Assembly (NCBI GenBank): GCA_002633005.1
Contig: NMRA01000697.1
Span: 124,001-188,000 of the forward strand
Reading direction: 5' to 3'
Length of the DNA stretch: 64,000 nt
From: Phoronis australis
Taxonomy: Eukaryota; Animalia; Phoronida
Position numbers and translations under genes: made by a program
Notes under the pieces: model-generated
What the model saw: only the letters and a program-made list of their open reading frames with translations
Told to the model about the DNA's origin: nothing
Database searches by the model: none
Part shown: piece after piece, positions 25,325 to 38,600 of the stretch
Layout of the letters: every line of letters starts with the position of its first letter
Numbering within the stretch: the first letter of the stretch is position 1

Positions 25325-26430
25325 TTGTACAGTAAGTATCTAGGTGTAACTCTAAACGAGTTTATGAATTTCACTTTGACAGCTGAGGTACTGGCAAACT
25401 GTGCGCCCAGAGCGTTGGGACCATTGGTGAGCAAGTACAAACATATTGGTAACATGAGTTTCATCAGTTACAGTAAATGCTTTGGAATGTCGGTAGCTTC
25501 AATTCTAGAATATGCATCTGGGATTTGGGGACACTGTCAGTACTCCAAATGCACAATGATCAGAACGAGAGCACTACGTAAATTTTTAGGAGTCCACAAG
25601 AATGTTGCCAATGTAGTACTTCATGGCGACTCTGGATGGCCAAATTCACAATACAAACAACTATGCTAAGGCTTTGGAATCGTTTAGCGGTAATGGATGA
25701 ACACAGAATTGCAGGAAAAAGACTTTTTATGGGACTTTAAACATCGGAGCTCTTGCAATAAGTGAAGTTCAATATTTAAAATTATGGCGAAATGTGATTT
25801 TTAGAAAATTTCAGGAACAAGGAAATTGTGCCACTCGAAAGCATCAAAGCATTCAATTTCCAGTTAGAAGAGTTAAACTGGTTAAAAACAATCAATGATA
25901 AATCAAAACTCTGCTTATATAGACCTGTTAAGAACGACTATTGCGTAGAATTGCATTACGTCTGCCGGTGTCTCAGAGGTCCGTCATAACTCGAGTGAGA
26001 GCAGGTACTCTACCATTAGAGGTTGAGGTTGGGCGGTACTCCGGAATTCCTGTGAATGAACGGATTCGTCGTGTTTGTAAATACGGAATAGAAGATGAAG
26101 TTCATTTCATCTTTGATTGTTAAAAATATGCTCCTATTCGACAATTTTTATACTAGGTTCTGCCCTACCTAAAATGTTCCAAAGTAACTTGAAAGGTTTA
26201 GCAGAATTTATTCAAGACGCTTTGCAGGTTAAAAGAAATTATTTGTCTGTAAACTAGTCTGAAATTGTCAGATTTGAGTATATGCATTATGTTTTGTTAT
26301 GGTTAAATTGTTATTAGGTGACTGAGTAGGCCCGTTGAGGCTGGGGGTCTGTTGAATATTCTGTATTTGAGATTGTGTATTTACTGGCACCCTTATGTCA
26401 CTATAACAAGTAATAATAATAATAAACTCA
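25325..26430 (+). mobile_element. Decayed 3' part of an RTE-X-like LINE
   Basis: YLGVTLNE...RKFLGVHK...GTLPLEVEVGRY...EDEVHFIFDC, homologous to ORF 31127-32215; ends in a (TAA)n tail. Confidence 0.8.
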
Positions 26431-27013
26431 ATCCGCATATTACGTAAGATCAACTGACTTACCTGATCAACATGTAGTCAAATGTCTTCAGATCTAACGA
26501 ATTCAATTAATTAAAGTATATTCTTTCAGAAAAGAGAAAATGCCTGGAATTTGATTCGGACTTCGTGACGACATATTACCGAAAGCGTCTCGTCGTCATG
26601 AATTTTTACTCAAAGTAAAATTAAAGATACATTTATATAAAAACATCGTTATCAATGACACGACTAACTTTTTGATAAATTATTGATACCGAACTGTCGA
26701 AAGCGCTGTCGCAGTTTACCAATGAAATTACTTTCTCGGTTTTCTTTGATGTAGGTTTAGATAGGCCTACTTTCAATTAAAAGGTAAAATCTCAATTTTC
26801 AACTAGTGTTTAATGAGAAGTGAAATGTTATAAAAATCCAAGAGTTTTTTGGAGAAGAGTGCATGAATCATGTCTGAATGTTTCAAGGAAACGATGTTGC
26901 AAGTTATGATGCTTTTGGGTTGCTCATAATCTTAATGTTTACTTACTTGTACTACTGGTGTCCATTTGTCAAACGATGCCATAATCAACTACCTTCGACA
27001 ACAGTGACTACAG

Positions 27014-27250
27014 AAGGCCGTGAATGTAAATGCCTAGCGTCCGGCGAGGATTACAATGGAACCACGTCAGTCACATTGTGGGGAAGGACATGTCAGAGAT
27101 GGGATGAACAGACTCCTCATTCACATACCAAGGGTAATGCGGACACAATTGAAAACTACTGCAGGAACCCAGGCGGGGATACGTCACTCTGGTGTTTTAC
27201 AACTCACCCTTCAGTGAGATGGGACTATTGTCCAGTACCATTTTGTTCTG
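27014..27250 (+). CDS. Gene 2 exon 4, kringle (type A) with an extra Cys
   Basis: tacag acceptor, G|gtgagt donor, 237 nt, phase 1-1; EGRECKCLASGEDYNGT...CQRW...NYCRNPG...WCFTTHPSVRWDYCPVPFCS. Confidence 0.93.
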
Positions 27251-28379
27251 GTGAGTGGATAATGCGTAATTGATAATGAATCTTTGTTTGCCCAGAAAAC
27301 GGCACCATAATCTTACACCAGACATGGCGCTCTCTTAACTCATCTTCAGGAGATCGCTGTATTAAGGTTATCTCCATCCTTATTTAGTGGCTTCCATTCT
27401 AGCTCGTTTATCAAAAAACTAAGTTGTGACAATAAGTAAAAGCATATATTTTCTGAAAGAAAAAGGATCAGGAAGTATAAAAAATGTGTTGTTTTGATGT
27501 ACCATTATGATTTTTACGTTAAGACCTTTTTAATTCATTTTTTTAAGAAATGTACATTCATCGCAAAATAACCCCTCAGTCGATTTCAAAGACATTTCTT
27601 AAAGAAAACTTCACCAGTATCCTCAAAAACTGTAAGGATTTTCGATTAATCTTGCGTAAAGGTCCGACAGCCCGCCTTTGACTACCAGTACATTCTGGTC
27701 CCCTGTAGTATGGCCTGGGAGGTTGAAATGTTCCCCAGTTGGCAATAGGTTACAATTTGAAAGAGCACAAAATGCTTCTTAATAGAGTCTATGATAGCTT
27801 GCTACAGGGCGGGGGTGCTACTGCATGATAGTGACCGGGAGGTAGAATTTCCCCCTCACTCGGCGAAAAAAATATACTATCAGAAGGCACAGGCACCTTT
27901 CCCTCGGATGAACGAGTTTTTTAATTTATGAATTAGTGTATAATAATTGCATAAATATTTCTTTGTATTTATTTCACCCAGGTACAATGCCTCTTGGCGC
28001 TTTCTGGGTATGTATATTTATTGTATTGAATATTTCACAATAAACATTAAAAAACGAGTTCCTTGAAGGAATATGAGTATGCTTTCTCTGCCCAGTTAAT
28101 TGAAATTAAGCTCTAAAACGAGATGGGTTATTTGTTCAGGTTATGCTTTGTCCAGATTGATATTTGAAATCTGACACAGTAAATCCGTAACACGATCTCC
28201 GCAACTTGGTCCTATTTACTTTTCATGTTTTGAACGTAGTTTTACGAAAAAATGATACCCTTTCGTCAGACAGCTCTTTGGTGCAATGGCTTGTTGTCCA
28301 ATGTATTTTTCTACATTCCTATGATTAATAATTGACAAATTTTTAAAATTTAATACCCAGGTTGGATTCGAAAGATCAG

Positions 28380-30470
28380 CCATTTAACTCTGTCTCTTAC
28401 GTTCAGATAACACTAAAACCAGTGACCTACCCGAAATTTTCAAGTTTATTCAACACGTACTTTACGCAAATCGGCCCATCCTTTTCTGAATCAATAACTA
28501 TGATAAAACAAGAATTTAAAGACTATCTTCTCACGCCAAACAAATTTAAGTTCTCTTTCAACTAATTAACAATAAACATGTGCTAGATGTTATGAGAGAC
28601 ATGGACGCAAAAGTACTACTGGTCATGACAATTTATCATCCAAAATTATCAAAATAAGCAGTCCTTTTATAATTGAAGCTCTCACGACCATCATCAACCA
28701 GTGCTTGCTTACTGGTATATTTCCAGATGCTCTAAAGATTGCTAAGGTAATCCCAGTTTTTAAACAACATAGTGTAGACCCAGAGCACCCAGGCAATTAC
28801 AGACCCATTTCTATTCGTCCAACAATCTCAAAAATTATAGAAAAAATTATCCATACTCAACTTTCAACTTTCCTAAATGAAAATGATATTCTTAATAAAC
28901 ATCAATATGGTTTCAGGAAATGTCACTCTACAGAACTTGCTTCGCTTGAACTTTTAGACCGCATTTGCTCCCATCTTGATAGTGACATGAATCCCCTGGT
29001 CATCTTTCTGGATCTCTTTAAAGCTTTCGACAGAATAGACCACGAAATACTTTTGCAAAAGGTAAATCACTATGGTATTAGTGGAGTTGAATATACACTG
29101 TTTAAAAGTTATCTCTGAAACAGCACCCAATGTGTTTCACTAAGTGATACAACTTCCAGTTGGTTACCAATATCTACCGAGTTCCCCAAGGCTCTGTCCT
29201 TGGCCCACTTCTCTTCCTAGTTTACATAAATAATCTTTCGTTTTCTTCTCCCATGGACACACTTCTTTATGTTGACGACACTTGCCTCGTCACATCTTAC
29301 AAACAGACTGAATCTTCCCAACACACTTTACAACAAACAACCACCATCAACAACAACCTTAAATCTACTTCAGACTGGTTTTCCGTGAACAAACTTTCAA
29401 TTAACACATCAAAAAATAAATTAATGATCTTCCACTACCCCCAAAAGAAAATTGAAAAATGTATTATTCACGCCATTTATATAAATAGCAAAACAATATG
29501 TCCTGTGAACAGTTTTCCTTTCCTTGGTATTACCGTTGACAAAAACCTCTCATGGTCCCCCCACATTAATCTCATCTCGAACAAACTTAACAATCTCGGT
29601 GGACTCTTATATTGAAATCTTATCTTCCTCTTCCAGCTCTCAAGTTAATATATAATTCACTTGTCCTCCCACATTTAAACTATGGCATTGCAACTTGGGG
29701 GTTTTGGCAACACTAAGAATCTTCAGACACCCCAGAAAAGAATCCTTAGGAGTATATCAAATTCCAGCTATAATGCTCACTCTATGCCCATATGTAAGGA
29801 ACTTCGCCTCCCTCTACTTCAAGACATCTTTAAAATCTCAACTGCAAAATTTTACTACAAGTTCCTCAATAATCAGCTTCCTAAGTATTTTTACACTAAC
29901 AACTTCTGTAGTAAACCCATCTAATATAAACCAACCAGACACATTAAAACTCCTACATACCTGAATCAATATTCAGCTGCTATTCCGACAATACAACCCA
30001 AAATTTTAATTCCTCCGTCCAACAAATTATCATCAAGAGCCTGTATTAGATTTCAGATTCCTCGACTCATAAACAACAATGAAATACCAGTCTCTGCTCT
30101 AAACATAATAAAAACACATTATTTGCAAGCATTCTCCAGGTTCTTAACCAATTTTATTATAAGCAACTACGATCCAGTTTGTCATATTTCCAATTGCTTC
30201 ATATGCAACAGTATCTAATTTTATTCTCAAAATTTCCTGAGCTGTGCCAGTCTACTTCTTGGTTCCTGGCGTGTCGGTCGTTTTCAGCACTAATTCAATT
30301 TGTTTTTTTAAGTATTCCTACTGATTTTCGCATGTCCATTTGTTTATTTTGTACAGGGAACCTTCGTATTAGCGGTCAATAACCTTTAGAAGGCCTCCTA
30401 ATTGAAATCAAATTTTAATCAATGTATTTTTATAATGTAATGTAAATAAAAGTGTGTTCTCTCTCTCTCT
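28380..30470 (+). mobile_element. 5'-truncated CR1/L2 (Crack/Daphne-like) LINE, frameshifted
   Basis: FPDALKIAKVIPVFK..NYRPIS..QYGFRK.HST..FLDLFKAFD..VPQGSVLGPLLFLVYIN..YVDDT; AATAAA followed by a (CT)n tail at 30445-30470. Confidence 0.9.
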
Positions 30471-30912
30471 CGCGCCCGCAATGTCAAGTTCTGCTTTTTG
30501 TTTATTGCAGTGAGCCTCACTCAATTAAATGTCCACTGCGTGAATTAGATGTATTGGCAGTTGATTTTACTATTGATACAACATTGAGGTGGTTTCCAAT
30601 AAGATGACTTATTAGTACTAATATTTTTTACAGAAAATTTATGAAACAACTTCACCTTTGTGCACTTTTTTTAATAGTGAATCTGAAGATCTTGTTCACT
30701 TGTATTGGTCTTGTGTAATGATTCAAACTTTTTAGGTGGCTGTAAACAAATGGATCGTATCGAAAGCTGGTGAATCTCTCGATGTGAATTTACATGTTTG
30801 CAAGGTATAATGCTATTAATTTGGTTATATTTTTGGTCAAGTATCATCTTTATCAAGCGAGACTAGTGTTCCGTGTTTGCAGCTACTCAAAAAGAAATCT
30901 TGAGATTTTCTA

Positions 30913-30947
<35 letters not shown>

Positions 30948-33900
30948 TTTTTTATTATAGTGATATGTGTTCAAATTAATTTAAACAATGAATACGTTAC
31001 AAATACAAGGAACACCCAGCCCTCCACGGGGCTTATAAGTCACTTTAGATACATGATACAAAAAAGAAAAGACAAGTGTACGCGCATTGCAAGAGGACCA
31101 GAAAGAGAAGGCCAAGATAAAAATGATCATAAATAAATATAATTTTTCCTTACTTCAAAAATATTTTTGATGAAAACTGAAGTTTTTCTAATAACATCTT
31201 TTTGCATGATTGTAATTAATTTACTTTCACAGCTTTCTGCACGGAATCGTGGATATTTAATCTCAACTTGACAATAAAAGGTGTTTCTGGCATCTAAGAA
31301 AAACGGACACTCAAACAGAAAATGTAGTTCAGTTTCGACCTGACCAGTGTGACAAAGACAGCAAATTCTGTCATCAAAATCTAGAGAACGAAAACGCCCA
31401 ACCTCAACCAATATCTGTAGGGTTCCGGTTCTAATTTGAGCAAGAATTGACCTACTAGGCCGAGTTAAGTCTAAATGCACGTAAGGCTCAACTTTAAAGA
31501 CATTCTTCATCAAAACATAGGTTCTTAAATTTGGTTTCGAACGGCTTTCAAACAACCACATATTACAGGCTAAATTATGCAAAATATTCTTACAGTGAGA
31601 CAGATTAACTGAACGTAAGTCATGAAAACAATCCGAAATCCCTAATTCTTCAAAAATGCTCAAGACTTCAGACGACCAATTAGTAAAAGTAGTGTAGTCC
31701 CACCAAAATATTCGGTATGTTAGTCTATCATCCTCGACATTAATAATACGATTCCACATTCTCAAAAGCTCAATTTTCCGCCTAACACTGGGGAATTCCC
31801 ACCCCATGTCACCCATAACAGCATGATTAGAAGCGAATTTGTGAACGCCCAAGAAAAATCGCGCGGCTCTATTCTGAATGACATCATAATCCTGTAGACT
31901 ACAGCCGCCCCAGACACCTACGCAATAATCTCTAACAGGCACAACATAAGCATTGAATAATGTAGTGAACGTTCTGTACCTCATATTTTTATTCTTTTTA
32001 AATTTATTAATTAAAGCGCCCAAAGCTCTTCCGGCAGATTCGGAAAGAGTTTTAGCAGTTTCAGAAAACTTCAAATGTTCATTTAAAATTATTCCTAAAT
32101 ATTTATATTTGGGTACATATTCTAGGTCTAGTCGACCCAACCAAAATGGATATAAACTACGCGAGACATGCTTGGATCTGAAGTGAATAACATTAGTTTT
32201 TTTCCTGATTGACAATCAGCCTCCATTTAGAGAACCATTTATCAACTATATTCAATAAACCCTGTAAATTTTCTTCGCTCTCGGCAAGTACCACTATATC
32301 ATCAGCATAAAACAAAGATGAAACATTATCAGCACCGATAGGAATTCCTAAATTTGACTGTTTTAATTCCTTTGCCAAATCATTTATGAATAGTGCAAAA
32401 AGAGTAGGTGATAAAACATCTCCCTGTTTGACCCCACAAGATGTATAAAACCAGTCCGTAAAGGTATTATTAATCTTAACACAGGATTGAGTTTTGGCAT
32501 AAATATTTTTAACTGATTCATAAAATTTTCCAACTACCATAAGATCCAACATTTTAAAATGTCAACTATTTCTATCTACCCAGTCAAAAGCTTTTTGCAT
32601 GTCAATAAAAGTAGCAAATGTGGATTCATCTGTTTGTTATTCAAGCGATTACGTATAATCGAGGTCAAAACAAAGACGTAATCAACACATGCTCTGTCAC
32701 GACGAAAGCCATTTTGCTCATCAACAAGGAGCCTGTTTTGTTCCGCGTACTCAACCAGTCTATTGTTCAATACACTACTATACAACTTGTATACCTTAGA
32801 CAACAAGCTGATACCTCTATAACTCAGCGGGACGCGCGGGCCCTTCTCTGACCCCTTTGGGATAGGCATAATAACGGATTTAGCCCATAAACTAGGAACC
32901 ATTGCGTAACGAAAAACCATTTGGAACAAATAAGTCAAAAGGTCAATAGCGTTATCATTTTTACATACTTCATAACAAAATGATCAATTCCTACTGCTTT
33001 ATTGTATTTAGATTTCATCCCTACCCGCTTTACGTCATCGCGAGTAATATTTTTATTCAAAATACTATTTTCATCAAAGTCAAGATTATTCAACGACTCA
33101 AGATGAGCTTTTTGAGTAGCATATCAGCATGAAATCCCCAGTCAAACAGTTGGACCATTGTATAACGATTCATACTCGTTCTTCCATTTATTAAAAACAT
33201 ATTGGTTATTGGTATTAGGGTTTGCAGTGTCATCGTATACCTCCATGGGTATCGTCTTTTTAAAAGAGGGGGCCAGGTTCTTAATGTACTTCCAAGATTC
33301 TACGAGGTCAGCTTGATCTCTCAAAAATTTTCTTTCGATCCTCCTGTGGACTTTATCAAATAGAACCTGGGAATTTTGAAATTGGCGCCTCAGTAAAGAG
33401 CGTTCTTCTCGAGAGCCGCTGCATTTCAATTTTTTTCCTTTAAACTTACATCTTTCCAAAGCTCGGACAATTCAGCACACCAATAGGGTTTCCTTGATTT
33501 AAATCTCCTTTCCACCTTCTTTGAGTTAGAACAAAATAATTTTCTGTCCATCTCATCAAATACACACTTACAAAACCTACTGTACATACAGTCAATGTTT
33601 TCTTGGGTTGCTCTGCAGACCAAAATAGAATGAATTAATTCTGGCTTAGCAGTATTAAAAATTTCAAAATTCATAAAGTCTACGGGAATTGACCGAACTT
33701 TATATCTCTTTGGGAAATCGACGGGTGTATAAATTTCAAATTTCAGACAATTAGATAAATTTTCATGATGCGTAAGTATGTAATCAACAACAGAAGAACC
33801 CCTTCCAGATACGAATGTAAAGTTATCTTGATCGGGACAAAAACGCCCATTGAGAACACAAAACCTTGAGTCAATACAAAATTCAATGAAGGAATCCCCA

Positions 33901-35280
33901 TGCCTATTTTAGAACCATCTAAAGACTGTCTGTTGGGGATTACATCGACATCCTGTACATAATCTTTCAAGTCTCTTATACGGGCATTAAAGTCTCCACA
34001 TAAATATACAGAATCAACATCATCGAGGGATTACAACTGACATAACAAATGAGCATATAAAGTGCAGGGATCACATCCCCAAGGGGAATTTTCTGGAGGT
34101 AAATAACAGACAACTATAACAAACTTATAATCAGAAATCACATTACTAAATTGCAGTCTAATTATGCCATAATGAGATTTATCAACAACCTTGACAGTAT
34201 ATTTCTGTAACAAAGTTGACTTAACTAATACTCCAATGCCCCAGATGGTCTAATAGCACGCCTATGTATATTATTTCTGTTATGGCCGTACCAAACAAAC
34301 CCATCTACAAAAATACCAGCAGTTTTAGCCAAGTGGGTTTCAATGATACAGAAAATGTCTGCTTCGGACCCACGAATTACTTTCTCTCTCAGACTTTTGT
34401 TGTTGGATGTCCAACCATTTACATTCCAGGAACAGACTCTGAGCTTCCCTGTAATTCTGGCCGACTCTCTTTCCTATGCATTCCTTTCATTATTCAGGAT
34501 ATTTTCTGCTGTTTTTCTCACCAACCGAACACTGCCAGTGAATCTATAATCATTCCCGTCCGGAATTATTTTTAGTAGCTGTTTGCAGTTTAATTCAAGC
34601 AACCTCTCAGTGTGGGATTTTGAAGCACGGATATATACCCTGCTATACAAAACAGAGTCTTGGAGCTTTCTTTTTTGCGAAGAATCGCAATTTTCTCTTC
34701 TTGTGTGTTCAGTTCTCTTTAATCAGACCTGGCTTACCAGTGACTCGACTCGGCAATCGTTTAGCCCTTATTATGTTCACAGGACGACCAATCTCGGCTA
34801 CAATGTCTTTGACCAAATCATCAACGCTTTCGTTATCATTGTAAGGCACGTTAAATATCACGACAGTCTTGCCTTCACCATATTCAACAGTGTGTTTACC
34901 GTTACACTCAAGAACCTCAATCCTACCTCTCAGCTGGTTGATCTCCATTGTTGGATCATCTTTGACAGCACTGAGGTGACCCAGCAGGAGAACTTTCGAG
35001 TCTTCAATAGCTTGACCCAACTTGCGGTTGTTTTCATCGACTTTGCTCGTGAATTTTGTAATGGCCGCCATAACTTTGTCCAAAGACACCTCGTCATCTG
35101 ACACCGAGACTGGAGATTTCTTCTGTAACATTTCGCACGTGTTACAGCACAGTGAGAATCACACGAGAATAAACAACAGAGTTGAATCAAAAACTGTCTT
35201 ATAAAGCACTTGTGCAATGAGATAGAGATGACAATAACACAGAATATCGATGGTCGACCTCTCAGCTTTGCGCATGCGCA
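30913..35280 (-). mobile_element. Near full-length decayed RTE-X-like LINE (ORF1, endonuclease, RT, C-terminal Cys/His motif)
   Basis: ORF1-like 34620-35131; endonuclease CYLPPENS..GDFNAR; RT GVKQGDVLSPTLFALFINDL..FYADD; RICCLC..ETELHFLFEC; (TTAC)n tail at 30913-30946; 5' boundary approximate. Confidence 0.88.
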
Positions 35281-35686
35281 CTCCACCACTATAATAACTG
35301 TCAATATGACTTATTCGTTGGAAGATGACCCCTATGATTTTTCTATTTGTTTAATTTTGGTCTTTGACAATATTCCCATCCCGGAGTGTGCTTGTGATGA
35401 ATGTATGTCTGCGTGTATGTCCTTTCCTACTTTTTGTACTGTGAAATGTCTTGTTCAAATAAACATATGTTTAAAAAACTTCAGATACAACGTTTCGCAC
35501 TTTTAACAAAATGCAGCATCAATTATCCATCAACATGCTTACGATCGTCATAGCTGGACCAGTCCCAACTCAACGCTAACTTTTTGCACTTCTGTTCATA
35601 AAGCTCGGTGACCAAACAATGGACTAGATGTCTAAGAATTCGTTACTGTCATTAATAGCAATGCTGAAAATAATTAAAAAGCAAAG

Positions 35687-38600
35687 TGTTATGTTTTTGT
35701 AATAGAAAGTAGCAGAAACGTATAAAAGAAATTTGAAATGTATTGACAGGAATTAAAAATGACGTCATAAAATGATGACGTCATAGAAAACTATAACATA
35801 ACAACACCTCCCCGCCTTATTGAGCGAAAGCTTTTCTTTTTTAAGTCTCTCTGACCTTCTCAAGTTGTGTGGCCCATATTCTTTTCCCGTTGGAGGTCGT
35901 GGGCTTGGGCGCTTCTTCTTTTCCGATTTTCTCGTTTGCATCTCTGTTGCCGTAGTTGAATTCACTTCATTCCTTGCTTGTCTGTCATCTGTATCGGATT
36001 CTCCAATTGACAAAATGTGGTATCTCCAGCATCTGTATCTTCTTCAGAACAATACTTCGGTCTCAACAGATCGATAAAACGATGCCAGATTGGACCACTT
36101 GGCATGACTTTCACTTTGACAGAACGTGGACCCATAACTCGGTTCACAACAGCAGGTATCAAGTGAGGGTTCCTACTTTGACGAGGCCCATAGCACAAGG
36201 CATAACAAGGCATTCCAATGGTATACATATCAATCTTTGCCACTGTTTGATAGAACTCAGCAATTTATGGTTTCGCAGCCTTTCTTGACTGCTTCTCTTA
36301 CGCTACATGAGCAGGTGAAGGACGTAAGCTGTCTAGCTTACAACGAATTTGTCTTCCATTTAAGAGTTCGCTTGGAGGATAACCAGAATCTATAGGTGTA
36401 CGACGATATTGCAATAAAAACTCTTGTAACGCTGCTTTTGGCGACAAAGAAGATTTCCGCAGAGATTGCTTGGAAGTCTGTACCAAACGCTCTGCAGCTC
36501 CACTTGTAGCTGGATGGTAGGGGACACCTGTAAGGTGTACAATACCACGTTCTTGGCACCAAGCCTGGAATTCTTCAGAGTAAAATGTTGCTGCATTATC
36601 AGTTATTAACGTGTGAGGGTAACCAAAATGCGCAAACTCTCTTTCAAGCAACTCCGTTGTTGTTTTTGTTGACAGTGATCATGTTGGCTGTATACACGGG
36701 CATGTACCATGACCAACCTGTTTGTTCCAAGGAAGTTTATGGCATGATCAAAATGAACACGGCTCCATGGCTTTTTGGGTAGCATCCATGGATGAATAGC
36801 TGCTTTCGGTGATTTGTTTTGATGTCCAGCACAAGCCGTGCAATGACGTACATGTACCAGTGAGTTCTTAAATATCCTCGTTAATATGTGGCCAATAAAC
36901 CACTGTCCGTGTTAGTTGCTTCATTCTCTGCATTCCGAAATGGCCAATATGACGCAGATCCAACACCTGTTTTCGTACTTTCTTTGGAATAACTATCCAT
37001 GTACCATGACATCTTCTGTGGTCAAGGTATCTTTCAATTTTCTGAACTCTTTCAATTTTTCAGAACCCATAGAAACTGGCCAACTTTCTATGGCATATCT
37101 CATTGCTTTAGAAATGTCAGAATCCTTGCTAGATTCTTTATTAAGCAATTTAAAGTTAACAGGGTTAAATTGTAGACTTACTTGCTTAAAAGAACAGACC
37201 ACATTCACGTCTGCTTGTTTTTCCTCCCTGTCGCATTTTGGATCCTTACCGCAGGGTAAGCGACTCAATACACCTGCATTAGAATGATCAGATGTTTTCC
37301 GATACGCCCATCTTGCTAGTCGATTAGCAGCCATAGCTGGAACTCCTTTAGTTGATCCGAAAATAGAAACTAAAGGTTTGTGATCAGTTATCAAAATGAA
37401 ACGTCTTCCGAAAATAAATTGGTGAAATTTCTTTAGTGCGAAAACAATTGCCAGAGCCTCACGTTGAATTTGACTGTACCTCCTTTGAATGTCCGTGATA
37501 ATCTTTGAAACATTGGCAATCGGACGTTCACTACAATCAGGTTACCGCTGAAATAGAACGGCTCCAATCCCTACATTAGAAGCATCACATGAATTTCCCA
37601 ACTGTTATCGAAATGAGCCAGAACTGCATCTATACACAGTATTTCTTTTAAACGCTGAAAAACTGCATTCTCCTCAGCTCCCATTTCCATGGCGCATCTT
37701 TGCGCGCCAAATGCCTCAGAGGAGAAATCAAGGTAGATAAGTTGGGAATGAACTTTCCGTAAAATTGAAGAGATCCAAGAAACGAACGTAGATGGGAAAC
37801 ATCTGATTGGGCTGGCATTTTCAAAATAGCATCAACTTTGTTACCTTTTTTAATGACATCACGTGAAAGCATGTGACCTAAGTATTCTACAGTTTGCTGA
37901 CGAAATGAGCATTTTTCCAAGCGACACATCTCATTCCATTGTCTTGCAAACGCTGGAGTAGGTTTCGTAGATTCTGAAGATGTTCTTCTGCGTTGCGACT
38001 GCTTACTAAAATATCATCCAAGTATATACAACCACACCATTTAAATCCCTAGTTAATTTGTCCATGGTATCCTAGAAATAACCAGGGGCTGAACTAAACC
38101 CAAATGGCAATCTCTTTTGTAGAAGAACTCCACGATGTGTGGATAGTGCCAGACGTCTCTGACTTTCCGAGGTTAATTTAAACTGATTATACGCATCAGC
38201 CAAATCAATTTTCGTGAAAAAGCCGCCACTCAGCTTTCGCATTAGATCTTCAGGCAGGGGTAGCGGATGACGCTGAGTTTCAAGCTGAGGATTTATCGTT
38301 ACTGAGTAATTTCCGCATATTATTAATTTCCCTTCACTTTGGCCAGGAAGCGGTGCTTTTCTTATACAGGTACAACTGGTGGGTTCCCAAATTCGACGTT
38401 TAATACCAGCATCATATGCCAGATTCAAGTCATCCAGTAATGCAAAAGGTACTGTGGGAGGTTTGCAAAATATTGGTTGGACATCAGGCTTGAATTTTAC
38501 ATCTAACTCGAAACCTTTTAAACATCCCAGTTCAGGATTGAATACAGTGTAGGTCGGAAATTCATCGCAGATGATTTTGCACGCGTGCTGAAACGCTACA

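Noticed and set aside
731-27250. Naming the genes plasminogen, apo(a) or HGF
   Set aside because: No serine-protease exons are visible and PAN is C-terminal; similarity is only at domain level.
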